DNA of 64,000 nucleotides, taken from assembly GCA_024679065.1 (NCBI GenBank), contig JAGIQG010000003.1, positions 29,574,001 through 29,638,000 of the forward strand. Reading direction: 5' to 3'. This stretch comes from Sphyrna mokarran (taxonomy: Eukaryota). This document shows, piece by piece, positions 51,986 to 62,199 of this stretch; position 1 is the first letter of the stretch, and each line of letters begins with the position of its first letter. Below the pieces are notes generated by a model. It had not been told where the DNA came from and made no database searches. It was given only the letters and a program-made list of their open reading frames with translations. A program made the position numbers and the translations under genes.

Positions 51986-52026
51986 ATTTGCCTGACGAAG
52001 GCACATAGTGTCGAAAGCTCGTGAAT
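51986..52026 (+). ncRNA. Minimal type I hammerhead ribozyme
   Basis: atttgc CTGACGA a GGCAC ata GTGTC GAAA gctc gtgaat; predicted cleavage after 52020. Confidence 0.82.
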
Positions 52027-52934
52027 CTACTATCAAATAAATTGGTTGGATTTAAAATTGGTGTTGTGAAACTTTACTGAGTTTACCCCAGTCCAACGCC
52101 GGCATCTCTACATCCTGAATAAAGTTGGCAGATAAATTCAGTCTGCCCCTTTTCTTGCTTCAGTGTAACTTGACTGCTTGACAATCACATACAACACAGT
52201 ACCTGATCATCTGTGATTAGTCAACATGACACATCACCTTATTTCACTCAGAGTTTCAATGTTTTGGAATAGGAAGAGGATAAATCAATGCCAAGAATTT
52301 GCATTTTATTTATTTCAACTAAAACTTACTGAGAAAAAATTGACACCGAGCCAAAAAGAAAAAGAGACAGGTGACCAAAAGGCTGATCAACAGGGTAGGT
52401 TTTTAGGGGCACCCATACAATTATAAATGTGTTTAATTTTTTTGGTGTTTATTTTAGTTTGAAAAAAGAGGTGTTTTGGTCAAAAATAAATGTTTTTTTT
52501 AAAGAAAATAAATTACTGAGAAAAGAACTGTTGGTTTGCATGCAATATGATGATGCCAGACTGTGATGATGTCAGTTTGGAGCGAGGCATGTACAGGGTG
52601 GGCGGGGATTGGCAGAATAGTAATAAGGGAGCGGTCCTTTTTTATGCCGTGATGCCTTTTTTATGTTCTTGCTCCCTCTAATCTTTGAATCTGGCTACAC
52701 CATTGGTTGTTTTGTATAAAGGAAATGCGATTCAAATTCATTAAGCCTTCCAGCATTTTTAAACTGTACATTAAGCCTCATAGAACAATTGGAAAATATC
52801 ATGCAGTCTTGCATCTCAACAGAAAAATATGGCACAAAATTCTGCTGGTGCTTCTAAATAAGAGTTCCTGAAAATCAGTGGGAGTTTTTTGCAGCTTCCA
52901 ACAAAGAATCAGAATGCAGTGCTCTCTCCAAGCA

Positions 52935-55900
52935 AATGGGGCTCATTTTAATCCAGTTTGATTCCTGTCTTAGTTCTGTTGGTGATTACTGTCCCTACAA
53001 AAGTGCTGTCTTTTCCTCTCCCCCTCTTGTGTGTGCCTTACAACTGCAACTCTGGTTTCGTGTTGCTCTTTTGCCTCTTTTTTTTAAACAGCTATCGTAA
53101 CTACTACCCTTTCCCATGCTTGTCTTTAGTTTGCCCCCTCCACCAGACTTCTCTTTGGCCATCCAAATTAAATACTTTTCCCCTCATTTTCTTTATCAAT
53201 TTTATATTATCATCAACTATAGTTTGTGCTCACCAAAGAGAAGGACTTGGTAGATGATGAGTTTGGGAAAGGATGTGTGGATAGTTTGAGTCATGATGAG
53301 ATCAAAAAGAGGGAGGATTGATGTGCTTGAGAAACATTAAGGTAGACAAGTTCCCAGGGCCTGATGGATATACCCCATTATAGTGAGAGAGGCAAGGGAG
53401 GAAATTGCTGGGAGCTTGAGAGAAATCTTTGTATCCTCACTTGCTACAGGGGAGGTCCCAGAGGATTGGAGAATAGTTAATTTGTTCCTTTGTTTAAGAA
53501 GAATAGTGAGAATAATCCAGATGAGCCTTACATCAGCAGTATGGAAATTATTGGAGAGGATTTTTCAAGATGGGATTTATTCCCACTTGGAAATAAGTGG
53601 ACGTATTAGTGAGAGGCAACATGATTTTGTAAACGGAAGATCATGACTTGATCAAGTTTTTCGAAAAAGTGACAAATATGATTGATAAGGGTAGAGCAGT
53701 GGATGTTGTCAATATGGACTTCAGTAAGGCCTTTGACAAGGTCCCTCATGGCAGACTGGTGCAGAAGGTGAAGTTGCATGGGATCAGAGGTGAACTAGCA
53801 AGGTGGATACAGAATTGGCTCAGTCATAGGAGACAGCGGGTAGTAGTGGAAGGGTGCATTTTTGAATGGAGGGCTGTGACAATTATTGTTCCTCAGGGAT
53901 CAGTGCTGGTACCTTTGCTGTTTGTAATATATATAAATTATTTGGAGGAAAGTGTAACTGGATTGATTAGTAAGTTTGCAGATGAGGCAAAGGTTGGTGG
54001 ATTTGAGGATAGTGACGAGAATCATCAGAAGATACAGCAGGATATAATCAGTTGGAGGCTTGGGCGGAGAAATGGCAGATAGAGTTTAATCTGGACAAAT
54101 GTGAGGTAATGCATTTTGGAAGGTCTAATACTTTGGCAGATAGGATAAAGGAGAACCCTAAAGCTTTTAATAGATATGTTAAGAATAAAAGATTGGTTAG
54201 GACAAGATTAGGGCCAGTCAAAGACAGTAGTGGGAAGTTGAGTGTGGAGCCTGTAGAGATTGATGAGGCACTGAATGAATATTTTTCGTTGGTCTTCACA
54301 CGGGAAAATGTCAACGGAGTTGGGGAGAATACTGGGATACAGGGTTGTAGACTAGACAGGATAGAGGTACATAAGGAGGAGGTGTTAGCTATTCTTGAGA
54401 GTATGAAAATAGATAAATCCCCTGGGCCAGATGGGATTTATCCCAGGTTACTCTGGGAGGATAGAGAGCAAATTGCAGAGCCTTTGGCTTTGATCTTCAT
54501 GTCGTCATTGGCTACAGGTGTAGTGCCGGAAGACTGGAGGATGGCAAACGTTGTCCCCTTGTTTAAGAAGGGGAGCAGAGACCATCCTGCAAATTATAGA
54601 CCAATGAGCCTTAGATCTGTAGTGGGGAAAGTTTTGGAAAGAATTATAAGGGATAGGATTTATAATCATTTAGAAAGAAATGAATTGATTAGGGATAGTC
54701 AGCATAGATTTGTGAAGGGAAGGTCGTGCCTCACAAACCTTATTGAGTTTTTTGAAAAGGTGACTAAAGAGGTGGATAAGGGTAAGGCAGTTGATGTGGT
54801 GTACATGGATTTTAGCAAGGCGTTTGATAAGGTACCCCATGGAAGACTACTGCAGAAAATGCAGATGCATGGGATTGAGGGAGATTTAGCAATTTGGATT
54901 AGGAATTGGCTAGATGATAGAAGAAAGAGGGTGATGGTTGATAGGATATATTCAACCTGGAGTTTAGTTACTAGTGTGTACCTTTGGGATCTGTTTTGGG
55001 GCCATTGTTGTTTGTTGTTTTTATAAATGACCTGGATGAGGGCGTAGAGGGTTGGGTTAGTAAATTTGCTGACGACACCAAAGTCGGAGGAGTTGTAGAC
55101 AGTGAGGATGGATGTTACAGTTTGCAGAGGGACATAAATAAGTTGCAGAGCTGGGCTGAGAAGTGGCAAATGGAGTTTAATGTGGAAAAGTGTGAGGTGA
55201 TTCACTTTGATAAGAGTAACATGTGTGCAGAATATAGGGCTAATGGTACGGCTCTTAGTAGTGTAGATGAGTAGAGAGATCTCGATGTACAGGTGCATAG
55301 AAAGTTGGTACTCAAGTTGATAAGGTTGTTAAGAAGGCGTATAGTGTGTTAGCATTTGTTGGTAAAGGGATTGAATTTCGGAGCCGAGATGTCATGTTGC
55401 AACTGTACAAAACTCTAGTGCGGCCGCACTTGGAGTATTGTGTACAGTTTTGGTCGCCACATTATAAGAAGGATGTGGAGTCATTGGAAAGGGTGCAGAG
55501 GAGGTTTACCAGGATGTTGCCTGGTATGATGGGCAGGTCTTATGAGGAAAAGCTAAGGGACTTGAAGTTATTTTCATTAGAGAGAAGAAGGCTAAGAGGT
55601 GACTTAATTGAGACATATAAGATGATCAGAGGGTTAGATAGGGTGGATAGTGAGAGCCTTTTTTCTCGGATGGAGATGGATAACACGAGGGGACACAGCT
55701 TTAAATTAAGGGGTGGTAGTTATAGGACAGATGCTAGAGGTGAGTTCTTTACTCAGAGGGTAGTAAGGGCGTGGAATGCCCTGCCTGCAGCAGTTGTGAA
55801 CTCTTCAAGTTTAAGGGCATTCAAATGGGCAGTGGATAGGCATACGGATAGCATTGGAATAGTTGAAGATAGAGGGTCATAAAATTGGTTACATTGGTCA

Positions 55901-57180
55901 GCGCAACATCGAGGGCCAAAGGGCCTGTACTGCGCTGTAATGTTCTATATTCTATGTTCTAATACAGATAGGAAATATATAGTAAATGGCAGAAATTTTA
56001 AGAGTATTGATAGACAAAAGAATCTAGGTGTACGTGTACACAGGTCACCGAAAGTGGTAATGCAGGTAAAGAAGGTAGTCAAGAAGGCATGCGGCATGCT
56101 TACCTTCATCGGCCAGGGCATTGAATTTAAAAATTTGCAAGTCATGTTGCAGCTTTATAGAACCTTATTTAGGCCACACTTGGAATAAATTGTTCAACTC
56201 TGGTTGCCACGTTACTAGAAGGATGTGGAGGCTTTGGAGAAGGTACAGAAGAGATTTATCAGGATGTTGCCTGGTGTGGAGGTATTAGCTATGAGGAGAG
56301 GTTGGAAAAACTTGGTTTGTTCTCACTTGAGTGACAGAGGTTGAGGGGAGATCTGATAGAAGTCTACAAGATTATGAGAGGCATGGACAGAGTGGATACT
56401 CAGAGAAGCTTTTTCGCAGAGTGGAAGAGTCAATTACTAGGGGGAATGGGGTTAAGATGTGAACGGCAAGTTTTAAGGAGATGTATGAGGCAGATTTTTT
56501 ACACAGAGAGTAGTGGGTACTGGAACTCATTGCTTGGGAAGGTAGTGGAAGTGGATACGGTAGTGACTTTTAAGGGACGTCTTGACAAGTACATGAATAG
56601 GATGGGAATAAAGAGATATGGTCCCTGGAAGGGTAGGAGGTTTTGCTTAAGTTGGGCAGCATTGTCTGTGCAGGCTTGGGAGGGCCAAAGGGCCTGTTCC
56701 TGTGCTGTAATTTTCTTTGTTCTTTGTGCGATAGATCCTTTGGGTCCCCCATTGTAAATCCCCTGCACCTGCACCTGTTTTATTACACCCAGCCATCTTG
56801 GCCAATTTTGCACTCTCTATCATGGGCTTCTTTTCCCCGTGGCTCTACCTTCTCACAGAATCATCTGATGTGGCTACTCCTCCTCACTGTAAGTGAGACT
56901 CTTCAATCTTTTCTCTGCTTTTTCCCTGGCGTGGGTTTTATGTGAAAACTTTGCTAAAGCTGCTTAAATTTTTTCATTAATACTATGCCAAGGCACATGG
57001 TATTAACCTTTGATTTCCTCAAGCTCACACAGTCAGACTCTTTCTGCATATAGTCCTTTTAGTACTGCAACTTACAGCTGGCCAAGGACTAGTGTGGAAT
57101 CATTCCCCTAATTATGGTTGATAAAATAAACCTACTCACCTGACTTGGACCCACATAGTCACCAGTCATCCAGTATGGTA
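52935..57180 (-). pseudogene. ERV leader and gag 5' remnant, split by CR1
   Basis: Removing the CR1 (TSD tttgtgc at 53223-53229 and 56723-56729) restores the frame NGGPKGSIAQTIVDDNIKLIKKMRGKVFNLDGQREVWWRGQTKDKHGKG downstream of the PBS. Confidence 0.55.
53230..56722 (+). mobile_element. CR1 with a younger CR1 (54132-55957) nested inside
   Basis: Inner TSD tctaatac at 54124-54131 and 55958-55965; both copies carry RT motifs and their own tails. Confidence 0.93.
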
Positions 57181-57197
57181 CCCTGCTCACAGCGCCA
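57181..57197 (-). promoter_or_regulatory. Primer binding site, tRNA-Ser
   Basis: Minus strand TGGCGCTGTGAGCAGG lies 2 nt after the LTR's terminal CA and is complementary to the tRNA-Ser(CGA) 3' end as I recall it (...CCTGCTCACAGCGCCA). Confidence 0.8.
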
Positions 57198-57199
57198 AT

Positions 57200-57887
57200 T
57201 GTAGGAGAGAAATAAAGCAAATTAAGTTCAATTGTGTTGAACTTCAAGAAAAGTTTTTATTTCACATGCATGAGGGAGATCTGGACTTGGGCCTGAAACC
57301 TCAAGTTTCTTGTGAGACCTTCTCTACTCTGGTAGATTGTTACTGCTTAATATATATTTTCAAGTCACAAAGATTGACATTAGCATATTAATTCCTCGAC
57401 TTGGATACAAGATGGTTCTTGTAATCTTGTTATGGCAGACTGCATTGTTCAGTATAACTTCATTAATCAGTTACTGGACAGTTCTGTTTACCCAATTATA
57501 ATGTCAAAGTGTTATATTTGCCCAATCGATTTGCACTGATGTGTTAATTGTTCCCCCACCTCTGCTAGATGATCATGTATTACAAAAGACTACACTCTCC
57601 CTAGAGTATATGGAACATCGCTGTCTTAATGCTGGCTCTCCCAGTGCGTGATAATTCGGAATGATCTCCTGCACATCAGAAATTGATAGCATGCGTTAAT
57701 CATTATCTGTCAGCAGAGCAGGCCGCTAGCTATCTGCATTAACCGTTCCCTTCTCTCTGGTGAGGCCTGGCTCTCTGGGCTTGCTTTATGTAGCCCTGTA
57801 TGTATTATACTGAAATTAAATAAAATATGAATGGATATATAAATTAAAATATAAAAAAGTCAAGATCCCCGATATTGCTGTACAACA
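57200..57887 (-). mobile_element. ERV 5' LTR (688 bp)
   Basis: TG...CA ends, TATA-like at about 57350, AATAAA at about 57256-57261, followed by the PBS; homologous to 44461-45257. Confidence 0.9.
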
Positions 57888-57889
57888 CG

Positions 57890-58030
57890 GTCTTCCACCA
57901 ATCAAAGTCCACTTGCCAACCAATCAGCACTCTCCTCTTGTGCAGTACAAATTGTTTGGTAATACTTGTGAGCTGTCCTGATGAACACAAGACAAAAAGT
58001 TTTGATAGCATCCCTCTTTTTTCAGCAATA
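57890..58030 (+). mobile_element. Penelope family 2 pLTR with decayed hammerhead
   Basis: gtcCTGATGAacacaagacaaaaag...cttttttcagcaata, homologous to 22385-22450. Confidence 0.55.
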
Positions 58031-58302
58031 CCCAACCTGTAAATCCTTCCAACATACACCAATAGCAAGCCTTAATAGCAAGACAGATTCCTGGTCAGCG
58101 AAATGAGGAATGAAATTGCAGCTATTACCCTTGCTATCCATTGCTGTGGGCTACATATACATTAAATGTATGTCACTACAGCAATTCAGGAGGACCAGTT
58201 GGTTGGATGGTTGGTATGGATCAGATTGACGCCAAAACGGCATAGAGTTTAATCCCTGTTCCAGCTGGGGTGGATTCAGGACATAACTGAATGTCCTACC
58301 CA

Positions 58303-58829
58303 TAGTAAGAGGTCTCACAAATCCATGCTAAAGTCCAACAGGTTTATTTGAGAGCACAGGCTAGCTTTCGGAGTGCTGCTCCTTCACTTGGTGAGTGGGA
58401 TTTCAGTTCACAAACAGGGCATACAAAGACACAAACTCAATTTACAAAATAATGATTGGAACACAAGTCTTTACAGGTAATCAAGTCTTAAAGATACAGA
58501 CAATGAGAGTGGAGAGAGGGTTAAGCACAGATTAAAGAGATGTGTATTGTCAGGATAGTTAGTATGTGGACTCTATCTTGGTTTCCAGAATGCTGTGCTT
58601 GCTATTGAGCTAGTGTATGAGGTGGTGGAGGAGTGTGAGAGAAGTGCAATGGCAAAGTCCTTCAGTGTAGTCTGTGTTATATGTTGACCTGAATGGGTTC
58701 GTGATCTGTAGTCTTTTCGGTATCTCGTCTGCTTTCTTGCATCTTTGTAGAAACTTGATGTCTGTGTTGATATGCACGATCTTCTTGGAGATCCTCTCCA
58801 CTTGGAGCTGGCAGTTTGCGGTGTCAATG
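58303..58829 (-). mobile_element. Internally deleted Penelope-like element
   Basis: ORF N-terminus (IDTANCQLQVERISKKI..DIKFLQRCKKADEIPKRLQITNP) joined to a pLTR with a mutated hammerhead at 58361-58397. Confidence 0.75.
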
Positions 58830-60554
58830 AACCTCATACACGAACTCTACAGCAAATGCTGCATTATGAAAACCAAGATAATGCCCTACCCATGACAGAG
58901 GTTGTGGCATTGTGGGTTGGACCTGGTCTTTGGCAGAGAACTCAAGATGATGCAGAAAGGTCCTGGTTAACAAAACTGACATACTACTCTCGGAGGTGAA
59001 ATCTTTACTGAAAACATGAATTCCCATCTTTTTAGTTTGTAGAGCTAGCAGTTCAGGGCTGTTAGTGTTGGAAGGATACATAGCATAGTAGCTGAGTAGT
59101 ATGGTACATTAGCTAATGGGCTGAGTTCCAAGCAAGTGGTTGAAATAGCTGTCATGGAGAGGAAAGAGTATGTGTAGAAATAGGAGGGGACAGAGAGCAA
59201 AGCCTTTAATACAATGGTGGAATGCAAGTCAAACACAAGGGAGAGGCAGACAGTTGAGGAATGCACGGAAGAGAGGGAGAAAAATGCATGGCAAAGTGTG
59301 AAATGGAGTTAGATGATGATAAAGGAAATGATTGGAAAATGATGGCAGTGAAAAATGTTAAGAGGAGAAATGAGGGATATTGAAGGCCATGAATACAGAG
59401 GTAAGTGACAACAGGGGGAAACAGGAAATAGATGGGGATGAATGGAGAGAGAAAGGGAGAGGATGGGAGTGGATCCTCAATACATGCAAAACTGTGAACG
59501 ATTTAAAGAGCTGGCAGATGGATTCCTCCAACTGGCATGCTGCATTGCTAGTGACATCCAATAGATCTCTATGTCATTCAGCCTTTTGCAGATTTTCCAC
59601 CAATAGTCAGCAGACCGATTCCAGAGGCTAATTATCAGACCAGATACCTCTTCCTCATCTGTTCTCTGAAAGCCGGGGGAGCTCAGCTGAATTTCCTGCT
59701 GCAGACATGTGTATATGCAGTAACCACTAGTTGGTGTGATCCAACTTGAACTCTATTACTAAGACCCACTATATTGCATGTACCTGAGCTGGTGGAAGAT
59801 GCAATTGATAACAATGATGCCTCAAATGGTGATGAGCTCTCCTCTTGCACTCCATCCTGTCTTCTTGCTGTGCTGGGGATGAAGATGGAGATGGGATCCT
59901 CCTCCTCTTCTGCCTGTGACCTTGTGCAAGTGAGATGGCAGAGCACCCAGTGACAGCATCAACTGCCTCCAAAGCAGAGTCAGAGGCACATTCCAGCCCA
60001 GGGCCCCATTCAACAGGAGCATTCTTATCAGGTGGAAGGCAATGGCCCAGCTCCGCATGACACAACGGCTCAGTCCTGTTCAAATGATCTGCAAGCTCCA
60101 ATGCCCTTGTACTCAATGAGGGGCTTGTGTTGTGCCAGATCCCCTCCTGTCTTCTCCCACTCCCTCTGATTGTACCAGTGTCTCTCCTGATCAAAGAGAA
60201 GAACAGTTGAGAGGGGTTGCATGTTACAGATTTTGGATTGCTGCATTTCAGATAACTCAGCATGCCTTTGGAAGATAGCTCACTTCTGTGCAGCACATTA
60301 TTATTCTTGTGAACTGGGCAGAGGTTATGCCCAGCTTCCCCCAGAGTACAGTGCAGATCCTCACACCAGGGAAAGGCTCATACATCCATGTGATGTGGAG
60401 AATGCTTGTTCTCTCACCACCTCCCCCATGGCATTGTGAACTATCAGCCGCAGCGGAATTGTACTCAATCATACTCTGTAACCTCACGGTCCAACATATT
60501 GCCTACAGAACAAATATTTCTCTTCGGTATTCACGCAGGGAGATGTAAATGTAG

Positions 60555-62192
60555 TTGTGGAGAACACTGGGATACAGAGTTGCAAACTGGAAAGTATTAA
60601 AGGAGATAAGGAGGATGTGCTAGATATTCTTGAGGGTTTGAAGTTAGATAAGTCCCCTGGGCCGGACGGGATTTACCCTAGGATTCTCTGGGAGGCGAGA
60701 GAGGCAATTGCAGAGCCTCTGGCTCTGATCTTCAGGTCGTCGTTGGTTACGGGTGTGGTGCCGGAAGACTGGAGGATAGCGAATGTGGTCCCATTGTTCA
60801 GGAAGGGGAAGAGAGACCTTCCTGGGAATTATAGGCCAGTGAGTCTTACTTCTGTTGTGGGCAAAGTATTGGAAAGAATTATTAGGGATAGGATTTATAG
60901 TTATTTAGAGAGAAATGAATTGATTGGGGATAGTCAGCATGGTTTTGTGAAGGGTAGGTCGTGCTTTACTAACCTTATTGAGTTTTTTGAAAAAGTGACC
61001 AAAGAGGTGGATGGGGTAAGGCAGTTGATGTGGTATATATGGACTTTAGTAAGGCGTTCGATAAGGTGCCCCATGGAAGGCTTCTGCAGAAAATGCAGAT
61101 ATATGGGATTGAGGGTGATTTAGCTAATTGGATTAGGAATTGGCTAGCTGATAGAAGACAGAGGGTGGTGGTTGATGGTAGTTATTCATCGTGGAGTTCG
61201 GTTACAAGTGGTGTACCTCAGGGGTCTGTTTTGGGGCCCCTGCTGTTTGTAATTTTTATAAATGATCTGGATGAGGGTATTGAAGGATGGATCAGTAAAT
61301 TTGCAGATGACACCAAAGTCGGAGGAGTGGTAGATAGTGAAGAGGGGTGTTATAGTTTGCAGAGAGACTTGGACAAGTTGCAGAGCTGGGCGAGAGGTGG
61401 CAAATGGAGTTTAATGTGGAAAAGTGTGAGGTAATTCACTTTGGCAGGAATAACAAATGTGTAGAGTATAGGCTAATGGTAGGACTCCCAATAGTGTTGA
61501 TGAACAGAGGGATCTTGGTGTATATGTTAATATATCCCTGAAAGTTGGCAATCAAGTCGATAAGGTTGTTAAGAAGGCATATGGAGTCTTAGCTTTTATT
61601 GGTAGGGGGATTGAATTTCGGAGCCGCAACGTCATGTTGCAACTGTACCAAACTCTAGTGCGGCCGCACTTGGAGTATTGTGTGCAGTTCTGGTCCCCAC
61701 ATTATAAGAAAGATGTGGAGGCATTGGAGAGGGTAAGAGGAGGTTTACCAGGATGTTGCCTGGTATGGAGGGCAGGTCCTATGAAGAGAGGTTGAAGGAT
61801 TTGAGGTTGTTTTCGTTAGAAAGGAGGCGGCTAAGAGGGGATCTTATTGAAGCATATAAGATGATTAGAGTTTAGATAGGGTGGACAGTGATAGCCTTTT
61901 TCCTAGGATGGAGAAAGCTAGCACGAGGGGACACAGCTTTAACTTAAGGGGTGATAGTTATAGGACGGATATCAGAGGTAGGTTCTTTACCCAGAGGGTG
62001 GTTAGGGAGTGGAATGCCCTGCGTGCGGCAGTTGTAGATGCGCCAAGTTTGGTGGCGTTTAAGAGGTTAGTAGATAAGTTTATGGACGAAAAGGGAATGG
62101 TTTAGGTTAGAGGGTCATTGCTTTTTCCTAATTGGTCGGCGCAACATCGAAAGCCGAAGGGCCTGTTCTGCACTGTAATGTTCTATGTTCTA
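60555..62192 (+). mobile_element. Young CR1, 5'-truncated
   Basis: DKSPGPDGIYPR through FADDTK to the ttctatgttcta tail; same subfamily as 41943-43137. Confidence 0.95.
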
Positions 62193-62199
62193 CTCTACA

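Larger units (their letters stand above)
49772..52114. mobile_element. Penelope-like (probably Neptune-type) element inserted as a head-to-head palindrome
   Basis: Arms 49772-50869 (-) and 50977-52114 (+) are nearly identical; perfect 12-bp TSD ctgaataaagtt at 49760-49771 and 52115-52126. Confidence 0.95.

Noticed and set aside
54052-55026. 324-aa ORF, the longest in the track
   Set aside because: Chimera across the junction of two nested CR1 copies; a truncated RT, not a host gene.
59590-60550. GC-richer block with several ORFs
   Set aside because: Probably a decayed transposon, but no motif could be assigned with confidence.
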